Below are positions 7,258 to 17,355 of a DNA stretch of 64,000 bases, one piece after another. The notes under the pieces are model-generated. The model saw only the letters and a program-made list of their open reading frames with translations, had not been told where the DNA came from and made no database searches. Where the stretch lies: assembly GCA_021819085.1 (NCBI GenBank), contig JAKASJ010000004.1, positions 12,728 through 76,727 of the forward strand, read 5' to 3'. The translations under genes and the position numbers were made by a program. The first letter of the stretch is position 1. The number at the start of each line of letters is the position of its first letter. Source of the DNA: Pseudomonadota bacterium (GTDB lineage Bacteria; Pseudomonadota; Gammaproteobacteria; Acidiferrobacterales; UBA6901).

Positions 7258-9357
7258 TCATTGGTCTTGCGGCCGTGCCGCACGAAACCGGCGCTTTCCC
7301 GCGGCATGGCCGGCAGGAAAATGTCCGGTGTCGGTGGTACCGGATACTCCCGAGCCCTGGCGCTCCATGCGCTCGACTTCGGCGGCCGGGATGACGTAGT
7401 CCGTGTCACTGTCGAAGGATCTCAGAATGAGCGCGATCACGATCGCAGTGATGCTGAGGGCGGACAGCCACCAGATGCGCCACACCAGCCCGAATCCGAG
7501 TGCGAACGACAAGGCACCGAGAATGAGCGGTACCGGGGTGTTTTTGGGCATGTGGATGTCCTGATAGCGGTCGGGTCGCAAGCTGGTCAAACCCTGCTCT
7601 TTGCGCCAGGCCCACTCATCGCGTGCGTGAACGACCGGGGTAACGGCAAAGTTGTAGAAGGGTACCGGGGAGTGCGTCATCCATTCGAGACTGCGCGTTG
7701 TCCACCATGCATCAGGGCCTGCGCGGTACTTGCGGCGATCGCGGACGCTTACGTAGATCTGCTTCACCTGGTAGTAGAGGGCAACCCAGTAAAGCCCGAT
7801 GCCGATCTCTTCGAGGGCGATCAGAGGCAGCCACGAGGGGTGGGAGATATAGTCCAGGCGCCGGGTCATGCCCATGAAGCCGAGAGTGTACATGGGCACG
7901 AAGACCATGATCGAGCCGGCGACCCAGTACCAGAATACACGCTTGCCGAGACGTTCATCGAGCTTGAAACCGAAGACCTTGGGAAACCAGTAACTGATGG
8001 CCCCCATGATTGCGAAGGCGATGAGCAGGACCATGGAATGAAAATGGGCGATCACGAACACGCTGTTGTGTACCTGGAAGTCGATCGCCGGCACGGCCAG
8101 CATCATGCCGGTCAGGCCGCCGATGAGCAGCAGAAACAGAGCACCCACGGCCCACAGCATCGGGGTATCGAAGCGCATGCGGGCGCGGTACATGGTGAAC
8201 GCCCAGTTGAACACTTTTACGCCGGTGGGAATGCCGACCAGCATGGTGGCGATGCTGAAATAGGCATTGACCAGCGGGCCTGCGCCCATTGTGAAGAAGT
8301 GGTGCAGCCAGACCATCCACGAGGCACCGGCGATGATCAGCGAGGCAAACACCATGGCAGTGTAGCCAAACAGCGGCTTCTCCGAAAAGGTGGGGATGAT
8401 CTCGGAGAGAATGCCGAAGGCCGGCAGCACCAGAAAATAGACTTCCGGGTGGCCCCAGACCCAGAATAGGTCAGTGTAGAGCATGATGTTGCCGCCCATG
8501 CCGGCGGTGAAGAAGTGGGTGCCGAGATACCGATCGAGGGTCAGCAGGAACAGCGTGGCGGCGAGAACCGGAAAGGCAGTGAGACCGATGATGTTCGTTG
8601 CCATCGCCGTCCAGGTGAATACCGGCAGGCGCGACCAGATCATCCCCGGAGCGCGCATCTTGACGATGGTGGCGATGAGGTTGATGGCACCCAGGGTGGT
8701 GCCGACGCTGCTGATCTGAATCGCCCAGATCCAGTAATCGACCCCGACGCCAGGACTGTAGGGCAGTTCGGTCAGCGGAGTAAGGCCGACCCAGCCGGCG
8801 TGGGAAAAGTCGCCCAGGAACAGGGAAAGCATCACCAATGCGGCGCCTACGGTCGTCAGCCACAGGCCTATGGCATTGAGGTAGGGGTAGGCCATGTCAC
8901 GGGCGCCGATCTGCAGAGGCACAATGATGTTCATCAGGCCGACCAGGATCGGTGTCACGGCGAACAGCAGCATGATCGCGCCGTGGGCGCTGTAGACCTG
9001 GTCGAAGTGATACGGTGGCATATAGCCGTGCAGCGCGCCGAGATGTCCAGCGGATTCGGGGCCGACCGCCATGACCTGCTGGGTGCGTATCATCGCCGCG
9101 TCGATGAAGCCGCGGAACAGCATCACCATGCCGACAAGGATGTACATGATGCCGATTTTCTTGTGGTCGACGGTGGTGAGCCAGTTGCGCCAGAGATATT
9201 CCCACCGGCCGGTGTAGGTGACACCGCCGGCAAAGACAGCAGCCGCAGCTACGCTAAAGATGAACGCGCCTACGATAACGGGGTTGTCGTAGGGGATCTG
9301 ATTCAGGGCGAGGCGCCCGATAAGCGGGGTCCAGGGACCTTGGAGGTGAACCAGCAT
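7258..9357 (-). CDS. cyoB: Cytochrome o ubiquinol oxidase subunit I
   Basis: 699 aa. WLTTVDHKKIGIMYI, WVWGHPEVYFLVLPAFG and VIAHFHSMV are canonical heme-copper oxidase subunit I motifs. About 35 aa C-terminal extension relative to what I recall for E. coli CyoB. Confidence 0.95.
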   Translation of the reverse strand: MLVHLQGPWTPLIGRLALNQIPYDNPVIVGAFIFSVAAAAVFAGGVTYTGRWEYLWRNWLTTVDHKKIGIMYILVGMVMLFRGFIDAAMIRTQQVMAVGPESAGHLGALHGYMPPYHFDQVYSAHGAIMLLFAVTPILVGLMNIIVPLQIGARDMAYPYLNAIGLWLTTVGAALVMLSLFLGDFSHAGWVGLTPLTELPYSPGVGVDYWIWAIQISSVGTTLGAINLIATIVKMRAPGMIWSRLPVFTWTAMATNIIGLTAFPVLAATLFLLTLDRYLGTHFFTAGMGGNIMLYTDLFWVWGHPEVYFLVLPAFGILSEIIPTFSEKPLFGYTAMVFASLIIAGASWMVWLHHFFTMGAGPLVNAYFSIATMLVGIPTGVKVFNWAFTMYRARMRFDTPMLWAVGALFLLLIGGLTGMMLAVPAIDFQVHNSVFVIAHFHSMVLLIAFAIMGAISYWFPKVFGFKLDERLGKRVFWYWVAGSIMVFVPMYTLGFMGMTRRLDYISHPSWLPLIALEEIGIGLYWVALYYQVKQIYVSVRDRRKYRAGPDAWWTTRSLEWMTHSPVPFYNFAVTPVVHARDEWAWRKEQGLTSLRPDRYQDIHMPKNTPVPLILGALSFALGFGLVWRIWWLSALSITAIVIALILRSFDSDTDYVIPAAEVERMERQGSGVSGTTDTGHFPAGHAAGKRRFRAARPQDQ

Positions 9358-9391
9358 ACCGATGTTTCTCCTGGCAGTGTGCCCTGAAGGA

Positions 9392-10372
9392 TTACATATG
9401 TGCGGTCATCGCCATCGGTGTGGTGAAGACCTTGCCCATCCGGACCTCTTCGATCACGTGATCAAACAGACCGGACTGTACGTGAGAGTAATACTGCGGT
9501 GTTTGGTGCACGTTGATGGTTGGCCTGGCCAACTGATCGAACGCCGAGAAAGTCAGGTGACGCGGTAAGCCCTGCAGGTGAGCCACCCAGCGGGCGAATT
9601 TCCTCTCGGTAACCGCCCTGGTCTGAAACTGCATCCACGAGAAGCCCGGACCGCTGAGGGCGGCGGAAAACCCGCGGTATGTTCCCGGGTCGCTTACCAG
9701 CATGGCCTGTTCGGTGGGCATGCCGGGCATGACGTAAATCTGCCCTACCAGTTCCGGAATGAAGAAACTGTTTGTCACTGCCGCCGAGGTCAGATGGAAC
9801 TGCACCCTGGTGTGTGCCGGGATTACCAGCTCGTCGATGGTGGCGATGTGCTGCTTGGGGTAGATAAACAGCCACTGCCAGTCGGTGGCGATGACGTCGA
9901 CTTCGATCGGAGCGCCGTCGGCCCTGTGGGCAATGACGGTCGGATGGTAGGGATTAACCTCGTAGACGCCCTTGTAGGAGTAATATCCGAGCACGGCGAC
10001 CACCATGAGCGGGACGCTCCAGACGACGACCTCGATCGCGGTGGAATGCGACCAGTTAGGGTCGTAGGGGCCGCGGCCGGTCGAAGCGCGATAACGCCAA
10101 AGAAACCAGGTGACCAGCAGCGTCGTCGGAATGATGATGCCGAGCATGATGGCTACGTCGATGATCATCAGGTGCAGCTCGGTGGCAGCTATTGGACCTT
10201 TGGGATGGAATAATGACAGGCTGTGGGTGCTGCAGCCCGTGAGCAGTGCACAGCCCAGCAGCGCCAATCCCGCCGGTCTGAAATTTTGGCCATGTCTCAG
10301 CGTTCGATTTACCCCGAGGGATCGGGCAGAAGGGGCAGGGGCACGCTGGAAGGCGAGATCTTCAGGAGTCAT
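9392..10372 (-). CDS. cyoA: Cytochrome o ubiquinol oxidase subunit II (lipoprotein)
   Basis: 326 aa. Lipobox LLTGC, two TM helices, then a cupredoxin-fold domain (VIATDWQWLFIYP, FFIPELVGQIYVMPGM) without the CuA Cys/His ligands, as in quinol oxidases. Confidence 0.9.
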   Translation of the reverse strand: MTPEDLAFQRAPAPSARSLGVNRTLRHGQNFRPAGLALLGCALLTGCSTHSLSLFHPKGPIAATELHLMIIDVAIMLGIIIPTTLLVTWFLWRYRASTGRGPYDPNWSHSTAIEVVVWSVPLMVVAVLGYYSYKGVYEVNPYHPTVIAHRADGAPIEVDVIATDWQWLFIYPKQHIATIDELVIPAHTRVQFHLTSAAVTNSFFIPELVGQIYVMPGMPTEQAMLVSDPGTYRGFSAALSGPGFSWMQFQTRAVTERKFARWVAHLQGLPRHLTFSAFDQLARPTINVHQTPQYYSHVQSGLFDHVIEEVRMGKVFTTPMAMTAHM

Positions 10373-11464
10373 GCGTGGTTTCCCGTGGCCCGGTTCGTGC
10401 CTGCGTTCCGCAGTTTGGGCTGGGGCATGACCCGGTTATTATACGAAAAATCAATAGTTAGCATCATTATCTGGGACCCAATGGGAACACTGGGATATCG
10501 TCATTAGGCGCATTATGAATTAGACCAGAACTAAAGTTAAATAAAAAATAATATAATTATATATTGAAATACTTAATCACGAGGCGGAGGCCGACCGGCA
10601 CTGCGCCTGGGTAGTTTCCCTGCACGCTAAACGAAACCACAGAGATGGGCGGCCAGATTTTCCTGGACCTGCCCGCAGGGGATGGATTCGTCCTGTCACC
10701 GATTCCTTCAGGCGCAGGCGACGCGTGCCGTTGCCAGGGGCCGCTTGCCACGAAACAGGGTCTGCCATGCTGACCGAAAAACATGCATGACCCGGCCCGC
10801 GGGCAGCCGATTCGGCTAGGGCTCAAGTCTGTTCTCTGCGGTCATTCCGATCGTCCGTGCAGCACCGGATAAGTGAGCCGGGCGGCTGGTGATGGCCTCC
10901 GGCGGGCTTTCGGATTGGCAAGTCGCGCGAACCGTGAGCGCCCGTTTTAAGCAAGCGCGACCTCTGTTGTATCCGTACGTGGACGGCAACGACCGCAGGT
11001 GCGTTTTCTGGGGAACGCGGCGTCGGCTTCGGACGGCTACCCGTTGCCGCTGATTCATACTGGAAATCGTAGCTGTTATTCGAATGCGGCCGACCGTACC
11101 GGCGTCGACAGGGATATCGGCTAGTTCGCGGGCCTCACTGCGTTGCAGGTGGACGGAACAGATCGAGTCAGACAGGCTGGCGGATGCACGGCGATGAGCG
11201 GGCTTCTCCGGATCTTAGTCAGTCTGGCCCGTCATGAATTGCGAGATGCTGCATTCGTAGAGCGTCGGCATGGTCTGCAGATGGAAGAGAACTGCCGATA
11301 GGCAATCCGTTCCGAATGGGGAGCACGCGCCGTCGTTCTGGAGGGCAGAGGTCTTCGGTAGACTCCGGATGTTCGTGGCGCTAGACTCCTGCAATCCGGC
11401 CAGGACCGCCAGAATAAAAACTATTTTTCACAGCCTACCGAGTTTTCCGACAAGAATTCATCCT

Positions 11465-12322
11465 ATGACTTTATTCAAAGTTCTGGTTCTCGCGCTCATC
11501 CAAGGAGCCTGCGAGCTGCTGCCGGTCTCGAGTTCCGCGCACGTGATCCTGGCGGAGAAGCTGATGGGGATCAACCCCACAGCGCCCGAAATGACCTTTC
11601 TTCTGGTCATGCTCCACACCGGCACGATGTTCGCGGTCCTTATTTATTTCTGGAAATCGTGGCGGCAACGATATTTTTCGTCCGCAGCCGCGTTCTGGCC
11701 GTTTTTCAGGCTCGTAGTTGCGGCAACCGCCCTGACCGGCGCCGTTGGCCTCATCCTGCTGGCCATCATCGAGCGGTTCTTCATGCGCGGCATCGCGCAT
11801 CCACAGATTGAAATGCTCTTCGGCAATTCCTATGTAATTGCCGGGGGACTAGCCGCGGTCGGCATCATGATCATCATGTCGGCGAAACGCCAGACCACCC
11901 TCGCGGGAGACGGGGAACTGGGACTTCGCGATTCGCTCTGGATCGGTGCCATCCAGGGTGTGTGCCTCCCTTTCCGGGGATTCTCCCGGTCGGGAGCGAC
12001 CATCTCGACCGGTCTTTTTCGCAACCTCAACAAGGAACGGGTGGAGGAGTTCAGTTTTGCGCTCGCGGTCGCGCTCACCCCCCCGGTCATTGCCAAAGAG
12101 GCTTACCGGCTATACAAGGCGCAGGCGGTGGCCGGTCAGGCGGGCCATTATTTTGCTCTGTTATGGCCGAGTTTCTTCGGAATGTTCGCCAGTTTCGCTG
12201 CCGGACTGGCTGCGTTGCGCCTGCTGTCACGCTGGCTGGAACACAATCGCTGGCACTGGTTCGGGTACTACTGTCTGTTCGTGTCCGGGGTGGTGCTGGC
12301 GGCGGAGTGGTTCTGGCACTGA
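11465..12322 (+). CDS. uppP: Undecaprenyl-diphosphate phosphatase
   Basis: Start moved to ATG 11465, in frame with track ORF 11270. MTLFKVLVLALIQGACELLPVSSSAHVIL and PFRGFSRSGATISTGL are BacA/UppP signatures. Confidence 0.9.
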   Translation: MTLFKVLVLALIQGACELLPVSSSAHVILAEKLMGINPTAPEMTFLLVMLHTGTMFAVLIYFWKSWRQRYFSSAAAFWPFFRLVVAATALTGAVGLILLAIIERFFMRGIAHPQIEMLFGNSYVIAGGLAAVGIMIIMSAKRQTTLAGDGELGLRDSLWIGAIQGVCLPFRGFSRSGATISTGLFRNLNKERVEEFSFALAVALTPPVIAKEAYRLYKAQAVAGQAGHYFALLWPSFFGMFASFAAGLAALRLLSRWLEHNRWHWFGYYCLFVSGVVLAAEWFWH

Positions 12323-12967
12323 GGCGGACCGACCTCCGGTCGTGCGCACTGGCCGCATTTGAATCTCGTGTGCTTGACAATGTCAGGAAGGCTAATTAAA
12401 TTCGCCGCCGTCTCGATTGATAGAGAAATCCATGGATTGCAGCCCTAGTAGCAGAACTGAAATACGGTGAGGCCGATCCGCAGGATTTCGCATTAACCCC
12501 TGCCGCTGCCTCACCGATGACAACGAGGCGGTGCGCCCTTTGGTAGTCTTCAAATCAATCTCTTACCGGTCAGCCGGACGACTGACTGCGCGTCGCGCCC
12601 ATGGACCTGTCCGTGGTATTCCGCGGTGCGCCGTCAATCAGTATCCAGATCCGTTTGTCCTCATCTCCCCGCATGAATCCGGGGCCAAGATCTGCTGTCG
12701 CGCACTCGATGACCTAACACCGCAGCCGGTTGGCTCGCAAAGCCGCATGCCTGAAGACAGTGTTTCCGGCATTTCACGACCCGCAAGCGTCCCGTTGCCG
12801 GTCGCCGACAGCCGGCGCGTGGCGGAGTCCGGCGCGATCAGGCATCCGGAAATGCCGGATCGGCGATCAAGGGCGTTGCGGGTGGCACTGTGGACCGGCA
12901 GCTGGCCGTGTCCGCCAGGCCTGCAGGGGAGCTGGATAGCCAATGAGACTCGGAGATCATTGCGGCC

Positions 12968-14236
12968 ATGAGATGGTTCTCGCAGGTGTATTACCGCTAC
13001 AGCAAGATGTGGAAGATCATCAGGCTTTATTTCCTCATCGCCGGTCCCGGTCTTGTAGTGATGATTGCGGACAACGATGCCGGCGGGATTACCACTTATG
13101 CGGCCACGAGCGCGAAATACGGCTACGGACTCATCTGGTTCCTGTTCATTCTGGTGCCCGTTGCCTATTACGTCCAGGAAATGACAGTGCGGCTCGGAGC
13201 GGTTACGAAGCGTGGACACGCCGAAGCGATCTTCGACGGATTCGGCGCCTTCTGGGGCTGGTTTTCGCTGGTTGACCTCATGCTGGTCGACTGGCTGACG
13301 CTAGTCACGGAATTCGTCGGCATGACCGCGGCGCTGAGGATCTTCGGGGTACCGCCATATCTGACGGTCATCGGGGTGTGCCTGCTTCTGGGCATCATCG
13401 TGCTGAACGGACGATACTGGACCTGGGAGAAGATTGCGCTGGTGTTTTGCGCCTTCAATCTGATCTACATTCCGGGCGCATTCATCGTGCATCCGTCCGT
13501 ATCCCAGGTGGTGCGCCAGGGTCTCGTCCCGAATTTTCCCGGTGGCTTCAACGGTGAGCTATTCTTCTACCTGATGGCTAATATCGGTACGACGATTGCG
13601 CCCTGGATGCTGTTCTTCCAGCAGAGTGCCGTGGTGGACAAGGGGATGACCGAAAAGGACATACCCTGGGGGAAGTTCGATACCGTCCTGGGATCGTTCC
13701 TGACCGGAATCGTCGGGGTTTTCATTTTCATCGTGGGCGGCACGGCATTGAAGGGGATGGACGTCGAGAGTGCCGCGCAGGCTTCGCGCCTGCTGATGGG
13801 GGTGAACCATTATCTCGGGACTTTCATGGCGATCGGCCTGTTCGATGCGGGGCTGCTTGGCGCCATCTGCATTTCCCTGGCGAGCTCCTGGGCGTTCGGG
13901 GAGATCTTCGGATGGGCGCACTCTCTGAACAACAAGATAAAGCAGGCGCCCTGGTTTTACGCTAACTATTTCATTACCCTCGTCACCGCAGGCATCGTGG
14001 TCCTGATTCCCAGGGCGCCGCTGGTGCTGATCACGCTGTTCGTGCAGGTAGTGGCAGTCACCCTGCTTCCGGCTGCCCTGGTGTTCCTGATCCTGCTGCT
14101 GAATGACGAGAAAACGATGGGTGAGTACAAGAATACCCTGACCCAGAACATCCTCAACAGCGCAATTGTCGTGGCGATTGTCGTATTGTCATCCCTTTAC
14201 GGGGTGAGCGTGCTGTTCCCGAAAATATTCCATTGA
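12968..14236 (+). CDS. NRAMP (SLC11) family transporter with non-canonical metal-site motifs
   Basis: 422 aa with ~11 TM and the overall MntH-like layout. At the TM1 position it has IADNDAGG instead of DPGN. At the TM6 position it has GTTIAPWMLF instead of A-x-x-MPH. The start could alternatively be ATG 13007. Confidence 0.85.
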   Translation: MRWFSQVYYRYSKMWKIIRLYFLIAGPGLVVMIADNDAGGITTYAATSAKYGYGLIWFLFILVPVAYYVQEMTVRLGAVTKRGHAEAIFDGFGAFWGWFSLVDLMLVDWLTLVTEFVGMTAALRIFGVPPYLTVIGVCLLLGIIVLNGRYWTWEKIALVFCAFNLIYIPGAFIVHPSVSQVVRQGLVPNFPGGFNGELFFYLMANIGTTIAPWMLFFQQSAVVDKGMTEKDIPWGKFDTVLGSFLTGIVGVFIFIVGGTALKGMDVESAAQASRLLMGVNHYLGTFMAIGLFDAGLLGAICISLASSWAFGEIFGWAHSLNNKIKQAPWFYANYFITLVTAGIVVLIPRAPLVLITLFVQVVAVTLLPAALVFLILLLNDEKTMGEYKNTLTQNILNSAIVVAIVVLSSLYGVSVLFPKIFH

Positions 14237-14247
14237 GCGAGAGCGCC

Positions 14248-14421
14248 ATGCGGAAGATCCTGCGACGCCAGTTCGGAAAGATCGGGGAAATCAACAGGAA
14301 ATACTCCAAGCCCCGGATCGAAATGTCCATGCCCGTGCGGCTGTCGCTGCTGCTGCTGCGTGGCTATCTGATTTTCCTGGTAGGCCTGATGGTATTCCGA
14401 TTCATCACTCTGCTGCACTAG
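14248..14421 (+). CDS. Small membrane protein (57 aa) between the NRAMP and MgtE-N/CBS genes
   Basis: ATG 14248, within track ORF 14233-14421. Basic N-terminus (MRKILRRQFGKIGEINRKYSKPR) followed by one TM helix (LSLLLLRGYLIFLVGLMVFRFITLL). G/C-biased third codon positions. It fills an otherwise empty 220-nt gap. Confidence 0.35.
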   Translation: MRKILRRQFGKIGEINRKYSKPRIEMSMPVRLSLLLLRGYLIFLVGLMVFRFITLLH

Positions 14422-14455
14422 CCGCGGTTCCGGCTCCGGAACGAGGACGGTAATA

Positions 14456-15703
14456 ATGGCAACCATCATGACGACCGCCTTTTATCTCAGCGAGATAATC
14501 GGCCGAAAGGTTTTCCTCGGTGCGCGCAAACTCGGAAAACTCCATGATCTGGTCATCGCCGAAACCGGAAAACTGCCGGCGGTAACCTATTTTCTCATTG
14601 CCCGCCCGTTCGGGCATCATGCGCTGCTCGTGCCCTGGGACAAGATCAGCGTAATCACCGAGACCGAGATTGTCGTCGACCTGGAGCGTATCGAGCAGTA
14701 CGAAACGGATCCCGGGCGTTCGAGCATCCTGCTGAAGGACTATATCCTGGACAAGAAAGTGCTCGATCTCGATGACAACGAGGTCGACGTCGTTTACGAC
14801 GTGAAGCTGATCGCCCGCAACGGAAGGCTTTATGTCACTGATGTGGATTTCAGCCGTTCCCGGCTGCTGGGCAGGATGGGGCTGAGGCGACTGGCGAATC
14901 TGCTTTCCGGTAACGACAAGGCGGAGACGCTCTCCTGGGCCTATGTGCAGCCGCTGCCGGAGCACATCGGCCCGTTCTCCGGTGATGTGAAGCTGAAGGT
15001 GCTCAAGGAGAAATTGTCGGAAATGCACCCGGTGGACCTGGCGGACATCCTCGAAGAACTCGACCCGCCGCAACGCCTCGCCGTTTTCAACCAGCTGGAA
15101 ACGGAGCGCGCGGCGTCCACCCTGGAAGAGGTCGAGCCGCGGGTGCAGCGCGACCTGATCTCCTCGGTCCACAAGGAGAGGGCAGCGGAACTGATCAACA
15201 ACATGACGCCAGCACAGGCGGCGGACATCCTGGCGATATTGCCGGCCGCTGACGCCGACGACATCCTGAAGCTCGTCGACAAGGAAAACGTCCGCAAGGT
15301 CCAGTTCCTCATGGAGAAGCACGAGGAGAACATCCTGAATTTCGCCACATCGCGCTTTATCAAGTATGCCCCAGCCACTCGCGTCGGCGAAGTTCTGAGC
15401 CAGTACCGGGAAGTTTCCCGGGAAAAGGATGTAATCATCTATCTCTACGTGGTGGACGAACGGGACAAGCTTCTCGGTGTCGTCGATATTGCCAAGCTGC
15501 TGCTGGCCAACGCGGAAGATTCCCTGGAAAATATCATGGTCACCAACGTGATCCATCTGGACCCGAAGAGCACGGTGCTGGAGGCGTCCGAGACATTCGC
15601 GCGCTATGGCTTCCGGGCACTTCCGGTCGCTGACCAGGCCGATACGATCCTGGGCGTGATCCCGTACCGGGATATCATGAATCTGAAGCATCGTTACGTC
15701 TGA
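14456..15703 (+). CDS. Soluble PRC-barrel + MgtE N-terminal domain + CBS-pair protein (no MgtE membrane domain)
   Basis: 415 aa. MHPVDLADILEELDPPQRLAVFNQL...AAELINNMTPAQAADILAILP is the MgtE_N helical repeat. The C-terminal ~130 aa form a tandem CBS pair (LGVVDIAKLL, ILGVIPYRDIM). No hydrophobic segments. Confidence 0.8.
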   Translation: MATIMTTAFYLSEIIGRKVFLGARKLGKLHDLVIAETGKLPAVTYFLIARPFGHHALLVPWDKISVITETEIVVDLERIEQYETDPGRSSILLKDYILDKKVLDLDDNEVDVVYDVKLIARNGRLYVTDVDFSRSRLLGRMGLRRLANLLSGNDKAETLSWAYVQPLPEHIGPFSGDVKLKVLKEKLSEMHPVDLADILEELDPPQRLAVFNQLETERAASTLEEVEPRVQRDLISSVHKERAAELINNMTPAQAADILAILPAADADDILKLVDKENVRKVQFLMEKHEENILNFATSRFIKYAPATRVGEVLSQYREVSREKDVIIYLYVVDERDKLLGVVDIAKLLLANAEDSLENIMVTNVIHLDPKSTVLEASETFARYGFRALPVADQADTILGVIPYRDIMNLKHRYV

Positions 15704-15950
15704 ACGGTACGCACCGGCGTGCTGCCCACCTCCGGCAGGCGAGGCGCGGGCCGGATCGGGGTTCTTGTGCGACCGGCAATAACTTCATGTGAAAAATAAT
15801 TAAACATCTGTAATACATTGTTTATACGTATAAATATTATACATTTTCTTTTCCCGTACCGGGATTGGGCGTGCCGCTCGGCAAGGTCTGGTCCGGATGA
15901 CTTCGCGCATCGAAGAGGGTATATAGTAATGGCTCGATGACTGTCAGGGA

Positions 15951-16610
15951 GTGACGGCCATTATGCAGATAGCGTTTGCCGCAAGGACCGGACCTCTAGC
16001 CCGGATCGCGACGACCGACGCGGTGCTGGTACTTTCCGCGTCGGATCGCGCCCTGTTTCGCGACGTCGCAGTCGTGCGACTCGTTTCGCAGGATCTCATC
16101 GAACGGTTTCACTACGCACATCGCAGCGGCGGAGCGAGCCGACGGCTTGCGCGCCTGGAAGAAGCCGGAATCCTTGAGGCCAGACCGCTCCATGCGGTCG
16201 GCCGGAAACCGGTGCGTGTCTATCAGTTCGCTACCCGTGCCATTGCTGCCGCCTGGGGTGATCCGTCGGTGCCGACGGTAGCGCAATGCCGGATGCTTCA
16301 CGAGATCCTGACGGCACGGGCATATTTCGCGCTCGGACGTCCCTTGGGCTTTCGCATTGCGACCCGTCTGAATGAAGCGGAACGTTTTCTGTTCGAGTCG
16401 CATTGTCCGGATGCGGTGTACCCGGATAGGGCGGGTGGACAGATCGTTCTGGTCGAAGCCGATAGCGGGCAATACACGGCACGCCAGATCCGTGAAAAGA
16501 CGCGGTACTGGTGCTCCGTAGGCTTCGCGCGTCAAATCTGGGTGCAACCCGCCGGTATCAGGACGGCGCCGGTTCCCGAAAGCGCCGGCATCACACTCCT
16601 CAGACTATGA
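15951..16610 (+). CDS. Replication-relaxation family (wHTH) protein, copy 1
   Basis: 219 aa. LSASDRALFRDVAVVRLVSQDLIERFHY...ASRRLARLEEAGILEARP matches my recollection of the Replic_Relax N-terminal winged helix. GTG start at 15951; alternative ATG at 15963. Confidence 0.5.
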   Translation: MTAIMQIAFAARTGPLARIATTDAVLVLSASDRALFRDVAVVRLVSQDLIERFHYAHRSGGASRRLARLEEAGILEARPLHAVGRKPVRVYQFATRAIAAAWGDPSVPTVAQCRMLHEILTARAYFALGRPLGFRIATRLNEAERFLFESHCPDAVYPDRAGGQIVLVEADSGQYTARQIREKTRYWCSVGFARQIWVQPAGIRTAPVPESAGITLLRL

Positions 16611-16692
16611 AGCGCGGATCCGGCACAGGGCAGCTCGCCCGGGTCGGTCGCAGGACCGGGCCACCGGGCAATCCCGGTTTGTGGCTGATCGA

Positions 16693-17355
16693 ATGAGCGC
16701 GCGCCGCCCCGCCCAGTTGGCGTCCCTGCACCATGAAATCCTGTGCCAGCTCGCGCGCGTCCATTTTGCGACCGGTACGCAGCTGGCGCATTGGTGCAGG
16801 GTACGTCCAGCCACAATATCCCGGGCAACCGCGTGGCTGTCCAATCTGGGTCTGGTGCATGCCTGTGTCCTGCCTCGGCCGGCCATCTGGACCCTGAACG
16901 GCGCCGGAGCGGCGTGCGTGCGAACCGCATTCGTGCAACGGTCCTGCCCTTCCTGGAACGTCATGGCCCATGCCTGTCATCGCAATACCCTCGAGATAGC
17001 TCTCGACACGCAGCAGGGCGGCTTCCGGTTTCTGTCGCGCGCAGCACTGTTGAAGCAGGGTTTCAACCCGGCGCGCGGCGAGCATGCCGGTATCGATGCG
17101 GCAGAGATCTCGTGGCTGGTACTGCTCGATGATTACCGGATGGCTAGCGCACGCATCGCGCGCGTCTGGCGCCGGCGGCATACGCCGAATCGGAGACACT
17201 GGCCGGATGCAACGGGGCGTGCCTGGTGCGACGTGATGCAGCGCTATGTCATAGGCTGCACCGATCCGGTTCGGGCAGCCCGGCACCGCGTCTGGATTGC
17301 CGCGCACGACATGCCGGCGTACGTGATCGATATCCCGGCGTTGTGGTCGACATGA
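16693..17355 (+). CDS. Replication-relaxation family (wHTH) protein, copy 2
   Basis: Starts at ATG 16693, in frame with track ORF 16681. LASLHHEILCQLARVHFATGTQLAHWC...ATISRATAWLSNLGLVHA follows the same pattern as copy 1. Its stop overlaps the start of the downstream ATPase by 4 nt. Confidence 0.5.
   Translation: MSARRPAQLASLHHEILCQLARVHFATGTQLAHWCRVRPATISRATAWLSNLGLVHACVLPRPAIWTLNGAGAACVRTAFVQRSCPSWNVMAHACHRNTLEIALDTQQGGFRFLSRAALLKQGFNPARGEHAGIDAAEISWLVLLDDYRMASARIARVWRRRHTPNRRHWPDATGRAWCDVMQRYVIGCTDPVRAARHRVWIAAHDMPAYVIDIPALWST

Noticed and set aside
12323-12967. M-box (Mg2+) riboswitch upstream of the NRAMP-like gene
   Set aside because: Only the octamer GGTGAGGC resembles the conserved M-box 5' segment. 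The other conserved blocks I recall (for example GCTAAAGCTCTACG) are absent. Kept only as an unclassified structured leader.
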